This document shows, piece by piece, positions 40,834 to 50,711 of a DNA stretch of 64,000 nucleotides (positions within the stretch are counted from its first letter, which is position 1; each line of letters begins with the position of its first letter). Where the stretch lies: NCBI GenBank assembly GCA_000092065.1, contig CP000586.1, one strand, 5' to 3'. This DNA is from Ostreococcus lucimarinus (lineage: Eukaryota). The notes under the pieces are model-generated. The model did not search any database, was not told the DNA's origin, and worked only from the letters and a program-made list of their open reading frames with translations. Both the position numbers and the translations under genes were made by a program.

Positions 40834-42102
40834 ATGCTTTCCACCGTTCGAAGTCGCGGTACGCGCGCGATCCCGGGCACTCATTCGCTCTGGAACGTCC
40901 TCGTGCGCGACGACGGTGTGGAAGATGGCAGCGCGAGCGGGGGTATGATGGGGAAGTCGTTCGGTGATAAAAGGCGCGCATACAGCGCGCAAACGCGCGT
41001 TGCGAGCGCGTACGCCGGTGGTTTCGATGTATACGGTAAGCTGGGTTTCGTTCGCTCACCGTCATTGCTACCGTTCGCGGCGAGTGCGCACGGAGTGGGA
41101 AGGCGCCGCGCACCCGGGGCGATGACCTCTCAGACGAGAAATTTGTTTGGGTTCGGAAGGAAGAAAGGTGGTGAAGCAGTGGCGGAAATGACGACTGCAG
41201 GTGGCGCCGCGGAAACGTTGACGAGCGCGAGCGATCTCGCACCGGTCGTCGGATCGCTGGCGAGCGAAGTAGTACCGGTGGCGTCGCAGAGTTGGCCCAC
41301 GACGGCGGCGCTCATGTACGCGATGGAGTATTTCCACGTCGCGCACGGGCTTGAGTGGTGGTTGGCCATCGTTGGGGCGACGGTATTTATGAGGACTATC
41401 ACGTTTCCGTTGATCGTGATGCAAATGAGGAACACGGCGAAGATGCAGTTGTGTAAGCCAGAACTTGAGGCACTGCAAGCGAAGATGAAGTCGAACCCTC
41501 AACAAGACCCGGAATTGGCGAATGCGTATTACAAAGAGATGCAGAAGGTGTGGAAAAAGTACGACGTAAATCCAGTGAAGAGTTTCGCGCCGATACTCAT
41601 CAACGCGCCGGTGTTTATCTCTTTTTTCTTTGCCATTTCTAAAATGGCTCAAGGTGTTCCATCTTTTGAAAGCGGCGGACCTTCGATGTATCCCGATCTT
41701 TCCATGGCTGATCCAACGTACTCGTTACCTATTCTGTCTTCGCTGACTTTCTTAGCTTCAGTCGAGCTCGGGGCGGTGGAGGGTATGCAAACCAGTCAGA
41801 GCGCTCAGATGAAATGGTTTCTTCGCGCGTTAGCCGTGGCCATGGTTCCGCTCACCGCGAGTTTCCCCCAAGGCGTCTTCGTGTACTGGATCACGTCCAA
41901 CATATTCTCCGGATTTCAAACTTCCATCACGCGCACGAAGGCTTTCAAATCTACGATGGGCATCCCCGACGTCTCCGCCGTCGCCGAGGCGCCCGCCGAA
42001 GCCGCGCTCGGTCGCGTCCAACTCGACCGTTTCCAAAAGAAGTACGGCGCCACGCCCACGTTGCACAAGCGTCCACCGACGCAAAAGCAGCGCAAGAAAT
42101 AG
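40834..42102 (+). CDS. Oxa1/Alb3/YidC-family membrane insertase
   Basis: ITFPLIVMQMRNTAKMQLCKPELEALQAKMK...YYKEMQKVWKKYDVNPVKSFAPILINAPVFISFF is the conserved insertase core. A presequence-like N-terminus precedes it. Confidence 0.7.
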   Translation: MLSTVRSRGTRAIPGTHSLWNVLVRDDGVEDGSASGGMMGKSFGDKRRAYSAQTRVASAYAGGFDVYGKLGFVRSPSLLPFAASAHGVGRRRAPGAMTSQTRNLFGFGRKKGGEAVAEMTTAGGAAETLTSASDLAPVVGSLASEVVPVASQSWPTTAALMYAMEYFHVAHGLEWWLAIVGATVFMRTITFPLIVMQMRNTAKMQLCKPELEALQAKMKSNPQQDPELANAYYKEMQKVWKKYDVNPVKSFAPILINAPVFISFFFAISKMAQGVPSFESGGPSMYPDLSMADPTYSLPILSSLTFLASVELGAVEGMQTSQSAQMKWFLRALAVAMVPLTASFPQGVFVYWITSNIFSGFQTSITRTKAFKSTMGIPDVSAVAEAPAEAALGRVQLDRFQKKYGATPTLHKRPPTQKQRKK

Positions 42103-42320
42103 ACGTTCGACTTTCCTAGTCTAGCTTTACATGTCATAGAAACGTCATCTATAGCGACTCGCGTCCCGCGCGCGCGCGCGCGCATCCACATCGCTCCGAT
42201 TTGTCACTGTTTGCGCATACGAATCGTAAACCCCAGACATTCCGATTTTTCCCTCGCCGCTCGCGTCGCCCCGTCCCGCGCGGGTCGGTCGCGCGACGCG
42301 AGTGCTCGACCCGCGCGCGC

Positions 42321-43752
42321 GATGTTGGCCGCGCGCGCGTCGTCACCGCTCGCGGTGACGCGCGCGAGCGATGCGCGCGTCGTCGTGCGCGCGCGATCGA
42401 CGGCGACGGCGACGAGCGCGTCGGCGTTCGCGTCGACGCGTTCGCGCGCGCGCATCAACGGATACGGTGGAATCGTCGCGCGAACGCGCGCCGTGACGAA
42501 GACGCGCGCGAGCGATGAAGCGCGCGCGAGGGCGTGGGGACGAACGCGCGAAGTCGGCGTCGCGGGCGAGCGCGCGAGCGGCGCGGACGCGGACGCGGGC
42601 GCGCGGAATCGGGCGGCGCGACGAGCGACGGCGCGAGACGCGCGCGCGGGGGGCGCGGCGGGAGGAAATCTCGGCAACATCGTCACGGGGGACGAACGCG
42701 CGTGGTGGCGAGACGTTCGAGCGAATGCGTCGGCGAACGCGAGCGGGAGCGAGGATTCTGGGAGCGAAGACGAGGGCGCGGACGCGCCGCAGAAGAATAC
42801 GTTGGTGAGTTTGTTGTCGGGCTTTGTGAGTCGCTTGGTGAAGCCTTTGCAAGATTTCGGCTTTGGGCGCACGCGCTTGTGGGAAGGAGGCGTTGGGTTA
42901 TTTATGATAACTGGTGTCGCGCTTTCCTTCGTGATTTGGGGATGGATCCAAGGCTTGCTGAGCTTTGCGCGCAAAAACTCGTATCAGGCATTTATCGAGT
43001 TTCCGGTGGCGTGCGGGATCCAAGTCGGCACGAATGTTCGAATTCGTGGCGTCAAGGCTGGTTCCGTGCTGAGCGTGCAACCGAGCTTGGAGAAGGTCGA
43101 AGTGCTTGTGGAGATGGACGACAAGAACGTTCCCATACCTCGCAACTCTCTCATAGAGGCAAACCAAAGCGGTTTGATCGCAGAAACAATCATTGACATC
43201 ACTCCCGCCATCCCGATTCCAGTGGCTCAGTGGGGGCCTTTGGATTCTGGATGTGAAGGTGAGGGCGTGATCGTGTGTGATCGGGGTAAGATTAAGGGTC
43301 TGCCGGGGGTGAGCATGGACGAACTCGTCGGTATTTGTACGAAGCTCGCGAGAGAGATGGAAAGGCAAGACGGCATGAACAAGATGTTCGATACGACCGA
43401 CACGGCTAGACGACTGATGACGACTTTGCAACCGCTTCTTCGTGAGGCGGCGCAAATCGCCCAAGAGCTCCGACCGATGATGCAAGGAGTGAACGAACAA
43501 GGCACTTTGGACACGCTCGAATCGCTCGCCGGTCAGACATCAGCCACCGTGGAAGACATCAGAAAGCTCAAGGATGCAATTTTGACCGAGGAGAATCAAG
43601 AACTTCTTCGACAATCCATTTCGACGCTCACGAAGACGCTGCAACACGTCGAAAAGGTGAGCGGGGATATTAGTAGTGTGTCCGGTGATCCGAGCACTCG
43701 CGCAAACTTGCGACACTTGATTCAATCGCTGTCGCGATTGGTTGACGCATAG
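42321..43752 (+). CDS. TGD2: TGD2-like MCE/MlaD-domain lipid-binding protein (plastid)
   Basis: TM segment then FIEFPVACGIQVGTNVRIRGVKAGSVLSVQPSLEKVEVLVEMDDKNVPIPRNSLIEANQSGLIAETIIDITP is the MlaD/MCE fold. Transit-peptide-like N-terminus. The ORF opens at 42211. Confidence 0.65.
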
Positions 43753-43810
43753 ACTACTCTTAATTCTAACCGCTAATTAGCATGTTCTATTTGCGACGCA
43801 CGCTCTGCGA

Positions 43811-44155
43811 TCACGCCGTCGAGCTACTCCCCTCGGGGTACTTGCGCAGAACCACTCCGGTCGACTCAACCGCCGTCTGCACCGCAGACAGCGCGTTCGT
43901 AAAATCACGAACCTCGTCATCTAGCGATTCCGCATGCGCAGCTTTCAGCGCTCGAACCGTCGTGGTTTTCGTGAAATACTCTTCGCTGTCCTTGATCGTC
44001 GCGGCCCACGTTTCGGACCCACTCACTCGTCCACCGAAGATGCGTAACGCGCGCGCCGCGCCCTTCAACTGCCCATACGCGAACCCAGCCTTGCCACCGT
44101 CGAGGAAACCTTCGTTAAACCCGCTCTGAATAGTTTCTGCTTTCCCCTCTTCCAA
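43811..44155 (-). CDS. Yae1/Lto1-like protein (deca-GX3 motif)
   Basis: G-FNE-G-FLD-G-GKA-G-FAY-G-QLK-G is a perfect run of GX3 repeats, as in the Yae1_N domain. 114 aa. Confidence 0.5.
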   Translation of the reverse strand: MEEGKAETIQSGFNEGFLDGGKAGFAYGQLKGAARALRIFGGRVSGSETWAATIKDSEEYFTKTTTVRALKAAHAESLDDEVRDFTNALSAVQTAVESTGVVLRKYPEGSSSTA

Positions 44156-44522
44156 GCCTTCGAGGTATCCGGCGTTGTGATGCTGCGCGCGACGATAAAG
44201 TCATCGGGACGGTCAGTCTTTGCTCGGCTGCGCGCGCGCGACTTTCGACGGCTCGCGGCATCAGCGCACCTTGCGTCGCTCGACGTCGGCGTCGGAAACG
44301 TGCTGCACGCAGTCGTCTTCGCGTGAGTCGTCGCCCGCATCGTCGTCGTCAGACGCCGCCCACGCGTCCACGCACGGCATGGCGCGAGGCGACGTCTGGG
44401 GACCCGCGGCGAGAGTGCGCGAGAGCGCGCAGCGCGTTTTGATTTTACGCGCGGGCGCGAATAGGACGTGAAACGACCGATTAAACGCTCGAAATGTTTT
44501 GCAAAAAATACGCTCTAATAAA

Positions 44523-46004
44523 CTAAACGAGAAGAGGAGAGTCTAAGACGGCGTACCCCGCCGCGACGCCGCCTTCGTCGGAAGTCGCCGCCTTCGTCCG
44601 GAGCAAACTCCCACCGTGTTTATTGATCACGATCTCGTCGCCTACGCGGAGATAACTACCGTAAATACCTAACTCGGACAGTGTTTCGATTTCGAGCACC
44701 TTACCGGCGCGAACGGTGAGCGTTTGATGAGATGGAGGGAGAATGCGTTGCATGAGAATGAACGCGCCCAAGTCTCCGCCGAGTTCAAGTCGTTTGCGCA
44801 AATCGTCCGAATACAAATTATTTCCACCACCCTCACGCTGAGGCTTTAAGACGTAGCCCGCTGGATTCGCGAGTGCGAGTTTAATCGCCTCGGTGCCTTC
44901 GTCGCCGTCTAAGGAATACAAATCTGCAAAGACACGTCGCATGTCCGCGGCGCGTTCCGGCATGAACGATTCGAGCACGCCCGCTTCTGCGAGCTTTTGT
45001 TGCACCTTCTTCGATCCCGCCAAGTGCATTGCCACCGAAGGGCTCTTCAAAGCGTTCGATTGTTCGATTAACAACCGTGCTGACCATTCGCCACTGGTCG
45101 GATAGTCCGACGGGGTGTATCCGGCTCGAAAGTACACCAAGCCGATGTCGTCGCCTCGAAACGTGAGCGTTCCGTCGCGCAACGCGCCCTCGGCGTTTAC
45201 TTCGGCTAAAGTCGCTCTGACGGTGTGAATTCCGTGCGTTTCGAATATATAATGCGAGATGTGCCGCTGATCGAACATATTACGCTCGTTCGGCTGAACC
45301 ACCATCATGATTTTCCCTTTACTCCCCATCGCTTTCCATCCCGCCGCGAGGACGTCGCCCGCGCTCGAGAGCGCGTCGTTCTGTGGCATCGCGTCGAAAT
45401 CCACCACTTCTCCAGGTTTCGCCGACCACGCCGCTAAGTGTCTATGCATCGCGCTCACCTTCGATCCGAGCGCCATGAACGACGTGCTCACCGTGTTCAC
45501 CTCGACTTGCAAAGGCAACCCGCTCGGCGCGTCGAGCATGTAATCGCTTCGCAACACGCCAACCTCCGCCTTCTGTCTCCCCTCTTGCCCGCCGCTCCGT
45601 TCGTACACGTCCCACAGCGCGGCCGTGAATGCATCGTTCTTAATCGCCCCCCGCAGCGTTTCCCTCAGGAATCCATCGTCCCTCGACACTCCGTCGTACA
45701 GCTCCGCGAACGCCGGCGACGTCGCCTCGGCGAGCTCGTACGCGCTCCTCGGAAACGTCGTCGGCGCGCACGACACCGGCGCGTGCGTGAACGTCCCCGC
45801 TTCGTCTCCTCCGATCATCAATCCGTGTTCGACGCAGTACGCCACCGCTTCCACCGCGCGCGCGCTCGTCGCGCCCTCGCGCACGAGCCCGCGGTTTCCC
45901 GCCCCGGTCGTCGTCGCCGTCGCTCGCGTCGTCGTCGTCCCGCGTCGTCGTCCCATCGTCGCGCGCGTCGTCGCTCGCGTCGTCGTCGCGCGCGTCGTCG
46001 CCAT
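44523..46004 (-). CDS. GSH2: Eukaryotic glutathione synthetase
   Basis: ...GYVLKPQREGGGNNLYSDD... (the VLKPQREGGGNN motif), ILMQRILP, RSDYMLD. Confidence 0.85.
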   Translation of the reverse strand: MATTRATTTRATTRATMGRRRGTTTTRATATTTGAGNRGLVREGATSARAVEAVAYCVEHGLMIGGDEAGTFTHAPVSCAPTTFPRSAYELAEATSPAFAELYDGVSRDDGFLRETLRGAIKNDAFTAALWDVYERSGGQEGRQKAEVGVLRSDYMLDAPSGLPLQVEVNTVSTSFMALGSKVSAMHRHLAAWSAKPGEVVDFDAMPQNDALSSAGDVLAAGWKAMGSKGKIMMVVQPNERNMFDQRHISHYIFETHGIHTVRATLAEVNAEGALRDGTLTFRGDDIGLVYFRAGYTPSDYPTSGEWSARLLIEQSNALKSPSVAMHLAGSKKVQQKLAEAGVLESFMPERAADMRRVFADLYSLDGDEGTEAIKLALANPAGYVLKPQREGGGNNLYSDDLRKRLELGGDLGAFILMQRILPPSHQTLTVRAGKVLEIETLSELGIYGSYLRVGDEIVINKHGGSLLRTKAATSDEGGVAAGYAVLDSPLLV

Positions 46005-46137
46005 CCGCGTCCACCGCGCGCGCCGTCGCGCGTCGACGTGCGTCGCCGGGAGTCTTCGACGCGGTCGAGGACGCCGAACGCGAAAACACGCGCGCGGAGA
46101 CTCGCCGGTTCGGAAAAATTGGATCCGTTATAGTGCT

Positions 46138-46193
46138 ATCTTGGGTCCGCCCTCAGTGGTCGTCCATCTTGGGTCCGCCCTCAGTGGTCGTCC
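46138..46193. repeat. 2 x 28-bp perfect tandem repeat in the GSH2/CPAP intergenic region
   Basis: atcttgggtccgccctcagtggtcgtcc occurs twice in direct succession. Confidence 0.9.
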
Positions 46194-46245
46194 GCCGGTT
46201 CGGCGACGCGTTTGAACGCGCGCCACATCGCGCGCGACGACGGCC

Positions 46246-47871
46246 ATGAGCCTGGACGACGTCCCGATCAACGGCGATCGAACGAGGACGTGGGAGGAGA
46301 TCATCGCGAGCGCGCTGGAGGGGGACGGCGGGACGACGACGACGACGACGACGACGCGCGACGACGACGATGCGGATTGTTTAAAGTCAACGCCGACGAG
46401 GAGTTACTTGAAAAAGGGGACGCGAGCGATGCGGACGTCGCCGTTGACGCCGAAAACGGCGGGAACGACGCCGAATGTGACGAACGCGCGATCGAAGGTG
46501 GGGCGCGCGCGAGGGATGAGCCCGAGGGGGGGGGGGGAAAGAGGAACGGGGACGACGACGGCGGAACGACGAAGAGGAACGACGACGACGACGAGTCCGA
46601 GTCCGAAAATCGCGTTCGGGAGGCGCGAAGAGTCGCGCTCACCGCGACGAGCAGGTGGTGGGTTGTTTGACCACGACGTGAACGTTCAACCGTCGACGAT
46701 GGAGGCGTGGAGAGAACATAAAGCGAGGAGCGCGAGGGAGACGAAGGAATTCGAGGCGCTCGAGTCGCGGTTGTGGAGCGAGACGAAGGCAAAGGAAGAG
46801 GCCGAGAGGCGATCGTTCGATGACGTGAGATCGGGTACGGTCGTTCGTGACTTTGTCTCTTCGTCGACTGCGGAGGAAGAGGAAGCGCGCGCTGCCTTTG
46901 AGCGCGCCAAGGCGAGTCTGGCGAGCGAAAGACAACGATTCGCCGACGAACGGGCGGCGTGGGAAGCGAAAAGAGACGACGCCGAGGAAGCGTTCAAGGC
47001 TGAGTGTGAGGACGTGCGCAGACAGTTCAAGCGCGAAAAGGCGGCGTTGATGCGCGAGGCGGAGGCACACTTAGCACTACCCACGAAACAGGAGCGCAAT
47101 GAAGCCAAGTTTCTTCGCGAACAGCTCGAGCGCAACGAGGCTGAATTCAAAGCCGAGCAACAACGAGCCAAGCTCACGGTGGATCGCCTGCGGCAACAAA
47201 TCGTCGATCTGACGAACGAAATTTCGGAACTTCGCATGGAGAAAAGGTTGCTGGAAGAGAAGTGCGAGGTATCGAATCGTTTGCAAGCGAAGGCTTTGTC
47301 GACGACGCCGCCTCGTCGAGTCGAGCCGGTCGTCGAGATCGCTTCGCCCGCGAGTTCGCGGCCTGGGATGACGATTTCGTCGGAACCGAGTCCATCTAGG
47401 CGTGTATATGCGGATGATACGACGTACTTTGCACCTCGTGCGCTCAGTGTGCGCGATCCGCTCCCGAGCGTGAGCGATAAAGTTCGATTACGAAGCACCG
47501 CGGGTCTCGAACGCGAGATTCCGCACGAGGATGGTCGGGTCGAGCGCGTCTTTGCTGACGGTCGTCGCGTCGTATTTTTCGCAAACGGCACGATTAAGGA
47601 AATCGATGGTCATGAAACGACTATTTTCTTCACCAACGGTGATATCAAACGCACTCACCAAAACGGTATCATCGAGTATTACTACTTCGACGTCGAGACG
47701 TGGCACACCACGCACCCAACCGGCGTTGAGCTCTACCATTTCGTTCAAACCAATCAAGTCGAACTTCACGCCGCGGGCGACGAGCCCAAGGATAAGGAAA
47801 TCTTATTTCCAGACGGAACCCTTCGTCGCGTTTACTCGAACGGCTTCGAGGAAGACGTGGCCGGATTGTAA
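46246..47871 (+). CDS. CPAP/SAS-4 (CENPJ)-like protein: coiled-coil plus C-terminal TCP10/G-box domain
   Basis: C-terminus VFADGRRVVFFANGTIKEIDGHETTIFFTNGDIKRTHQNGIIEYYYF...ILFPDGTLRRVYSNG shows the repeated F-x-NG-x-K/R-x(5)-DG G-box pattern. The middle is E/R/K-rich coiled coil. Confidence 0.6.
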   Translation: MSLDDVPINGDRTRTWEEIIASALEGDGGTTTTTTTTRDDDDADCLKSTPTRSYLKKGTRAMRTSPLTPKTAGTTPNVTNARSKVGRARGMSPRGGGERGTGTTTAERRRGTTTTTSPSPKIAFGRREESRSPRRAGGGLFDHDVNVQPSTMEAWREHKARSARETKEFEALESRLWSETKAKEEAERRSFDDVRSGTVVRDFVSSSTAEEEEARAAFERAKASLASERQRFADERAAWEAKRDDAEEAFKAECEDVRRQFKREKAALMREAEAHLALPTKQERNEAKFLREQLERNEAEFKAEQQRAKLTVDRLRQQIVDLTNEISELRMEKRLLEEKCEVSNRLQAKALSTTPPRRVEPVVEIASPASSRPGMTISSEPSPSRRVYADDTTYFAPRALSVRDPLPSVSDKVRLRSTAGLEREIPHEDGRVERVFADGRRVVFFANGTIKEIDGHETTIFFTNGDIKRTHQNGIIEYYYFDVETWHTTHPTGVELYHFVQTNQVELHAAGDEPKDKEILFPDGTLRRVYSNGFEEDVAGL

Positions 47872-48006
47872 TAATTTAAAAAAGTCAACGCGCGCGCGAA
47901 GCCAACTCAACCCAAAAAGCCGCAGATCGCACCATTCGTTGACGCGTGTCACGCGTCTACGCGAGCAGACTTCGTCGAGCCTGTTCCCGTCAAACGCACA
48001 CGCACG

Positions 48007-48456
48007 ATGACGTCTTTAGATTTACGCACCGCCACGCTCGAGCAGCTCAAAGTCGCCGACGAACAGCTCCGCGAGGAAGTCACGTCGTACTCGGAATCTT
48101 TGCAGATGTTGAGCAAAGCGGTGAGTCGATACCACTCCTCGGGATCGGCGATCGAAGAGCTGTCGAAAGAAACTGTGGGTAAGGACATGCTCGTCCCACT
48201 CACGGAGTCGTTGTACGTGCCGGGTAAGATTGCGGCGGTCGATAAAGTCTTGCTCGACGTCGGCACGGGGTACTTCATCGAGCACGACACCGAGAAAGGG
48301 ATCGATTACTGTAAGCGCAAGGTGAACTTTATTCGAGATAACATGGAAAAGTTGATGGAGCTCGTGGGTAAGAAACGCAAGCAATTGTTGCTGGTGCAGG
48401 ACTTTCTGCGAGCGCGCACGCAAGAGGCGGCGCAGGCGCAGGCAGGGGCGAAATAG
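48007..48456 (+). CDS. PFD5: Prefoldin subunit 5 (alpha type)
   Basis: LVPLTESLYVPGKIAAVDKVLLDVGTGYFIEHD plus flanking coiled coils match PFD5. Confidence 0.8.
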   Translation: MTSLDLRTATLEQLKVADEQLREEVTSYSESLQMLSKAVSRYHSSGSAIEELSKETVGKDMLVPLTESLYVPGKIAAVDKVLLDVGTGYFIEHDTEKGIDYCKRKVNFIRDNMEKLMELVGKKRKQLLLVQDFLRARTQEAAQAQAGAK

Positions 48457-48468
48457 GCTAAGTATTAA

Positions 48469-48473
48469 TTACA
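48469..48473 (-). promoter_or_regulatory. TGTAA (TTACA on +) in the 42-bp gap between the convergent PFD5 and TlyA stops
   Basis: aattTTACAacttt. Confidence 0.3.
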
Positions 48474-48498
48474 ACTTTAGACACTTTAGACCGACTCG

Positions 48499-49515
48499 TC
48501 ATTCATCCTCCTCAACCTCGACTGTGTTCTGGAGTATTTCCGGAGGTGGACCATCGAGAGACATGGTAAAATGCGCTAGAAACTCCGTGTTGCCCTCTTT
48601 CGCGCCTTTAATCGGCGAAGTGGTGTGATCGATGTACTCGAATCCGTACAGTTTGGCGCCTTGAATGACGTTTTCAATCACCTCCTTGTGAACGTTTGCG
48701 TCTCGAACCACGCCTTTGGAGCCGATTTGACTTCGCTTGGCCTCAAATTGAGGCTTGATCAGCACTAACATCGTCCCCCCTGGCTTTAATATTCTACAAA
48801 TCGCTGGTAACACCTTTAGGACGGAGATGAATGACAGATCCAACGTCACGACGTCGACGATGTCTGGAAGGTCCGTGACGTATCGTAAATTTGTGCGCTC
48901 CATGATGATGACTCTCTCGTCTTGCCTAATCTTCTCAGCCACTTGACCGTACCCCACATCAACCCCGTACACCTTCTTCGCTCCGCTCTGGAGTAAACAA
49001 TCGGTGAAACCGCCCGTGCTAAGCCCAGAGTCGAGCGCCGTACATCCCGAGACGTCCACGCCAAAGTGCGCGAGCGCCTTTTCCAACTTCAATCCCGCTC
49101 GACACACAAACTTCGGCTGCTCCGCGATGACTTCAATCTTCACGCTCGGCTTGAGTTTCGTTCCAGCCTTCGTCACGGGCTGTCCATCGACCAATACCTT
49201 CCCCTGCGCGATCCAACTCTGCGCCACGTTGCGCGACAACTCGGGATTACGCGCGACGGTGAGTTCATCCAACCTTTGTTTCGCCCCCGTCACCGGCGCC
49301 GCGACGCGTCCGCTCGTCTCCGCTCGCGCGTTCTCGCTTCTCTCGTCCCCACTCGCGCTCGCGCTCCATCGTCGCGCGCGTTCGCGTCGTCCCGCGCCCG
49401 CCGCGCGCGTCCCGCTCGCCGCCTCGCCTTGGCACCGCCGCCACCGTTCTCTCGCGCACGCGCGCGTCACCGCCCCTCGCGCGCGCGTCGCCGCGCGCGC
49501 GAGCATCGCGCGCAT
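48499..49515 (-). CDS. tlyA: TlyA-family S4-domain/FtsJ-like rRNA 2'-O-methyltransferase (organellar-type)
   Basis: RLDELTVARNPELSRNVAQSWIAQGKVLVDGQPVTKAG is the S4 domain. ...VDVSGCTALDSGLSTGGFTDCLLQSGAKKVYGVDVGYGQ...VVTLDLSFISV is the FtsJ fold. Start at ATG 49515. The upstream part of the 603-aa ORF is antisense to the next gene. Confidence 0.75.
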   Translation of the reverse strand: MRAMLARAATRARGAVTRACARERWRRCQGEAASGTRAAGAGRRERARRWSASASGDERSENARAETSGRVAAPVTGAKQRLDELTVARNPELSRNVAQSWIAQGKVLVDGQPVTKAGTKLKPSVKIEVIAEQPKFVCRAGLKLEKALAHFGVDVSGCTALDSGLSTGGFTDCLLQSGAKKVYGVDVGYGQVAEKIRQDERVIIMERTNLRYVTDLPDIVDVVTLDLSFISVLKVLPAICRILKPGGTMLVLIKPQFEAKRSQIGSKGVVRDANVHKEVIENVIQGAKLYGFEYIDHTTSPIKGAKEGNTEFLAHFTMSLDGPPPEILQNTVEVEEDE

Positions 49516-49693
49516 CTCGCGCGTCGCCTCGCGCGTCGGCGCCCCTCTCGCGGTCCCCGCGTCCCGCCGTTTCGCCGTCTCGGCGTCGCGGTGTCCCGGT
49601 CCAACGACCGCGACCGACCAAACCCTCGCGGCGACGGCGGCGACGGCGCACTCGCGGACGCGCGACGACGACGTCGACGCGCGCGGCGAACGA

Positions 49694-50643
49694 TGACGAT
49701 GCCGATGACGACGCTCGCGAGCGCGTCGCGATCGCGACCCGGAACGACGACGACGACGACGACGACGACGGCGCGCGGTGGACGAATGCGCGCCTCGAGC
49801 CGCCACTCGAGTCGTCGAGGCGACCGCGTCGTCGGACGCGTCGCCGAGGGTGGGAAGAGCGAACGCGGACGCATGAAAGATGAAGAAGAGTACGCGAAAT
49901 TCGTCGAAGAGGCGCGAACGTGGACGGCGTACGATCCGGAAGCCGTGGGTGGGGAGAACGCGACGCCGCCGTGGGAAAAGGAATTGCAAGACGCCATGCG
50001 CGAGGGACCGTGGCCGTGCTGGGACGCGGACATTCCCGAGAGTGATTTCGTGGATGAACCTCGATTCATGTCGTTCACGAAACCTCCGGAGAAGTACGAC
50101 CCGTTCAAGGAGAAGATCGTGAATTACAAGGCCAAGGTGAAGGAGGAACAAAAGAGGGCGGTGGCGAAGACGCGGGAGGAGGTGAAGTCGCAGCGCTTCA
50201 TGTCCATGGCGGGTGACATACGGTTGAAGAATAAGTACGAAGACGACGAATCGGCGTGGGATCACGAGAAAATCGTGGAACTGATTAATTTTCCCGATGA
50301 CATCAGACACAAGATGATGAGCGTGAGCGTGGAGGTGTACGACCCTCGGTTTCCGTACGACTTCACGGGGATGGGCGCGCCTCCTTTGACGACGGAGGAG
50401 TTTTTAGAATCCATCGGTCGCTTGCAACCGGATGGTGAGTCCGATCTCGACCGCGTCGCGAAGTTGGCGGAAAAATACGGCTCAAAGGTACCGGAACTCG
50501 CCGAGGAAGATCCCGCTGCCATCTTGCAGACGCGCTCGACGTTTGAATTACAGAACGCGATGGACATCGGGGATGAAGGCGGCGTCGAAATCAGTAAAAC
50601 GGAGATTTCAGACCTCGTGGACAGCGATGACGAACTTCCTTAG
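49694..50643 (+). CDS. Hypothetical acidic protein with Ser/Thr/Arg-rich presequence-like N-terminus
   Basis: Coding-like ORF ...MKDEEEYAKFVEEARTWTAYDPE...ending DSDDELP. No motif recognised. Start chosen at 49694 ([26 protein letters not shown]). The ORF is open from 49066. Confidence 0.35.
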
Positions 50644-50711
50644 ACTATTAGCCTACCAATGTGATTCGATTCAAATTCCTAGATTTTCTAAAGCTGCTTT
50701 GCGCGTTACGA

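Noticed and set aside
49516-50310. N-terminal 265 aa of the 603-aa ORF 48499..50310 (-)
   Set aside because: This part is antisense to the conserved coding region of the + gene 49694..50643 and is Arg/Leu-rich junk. The TlyA homology starts after ATG 49515.
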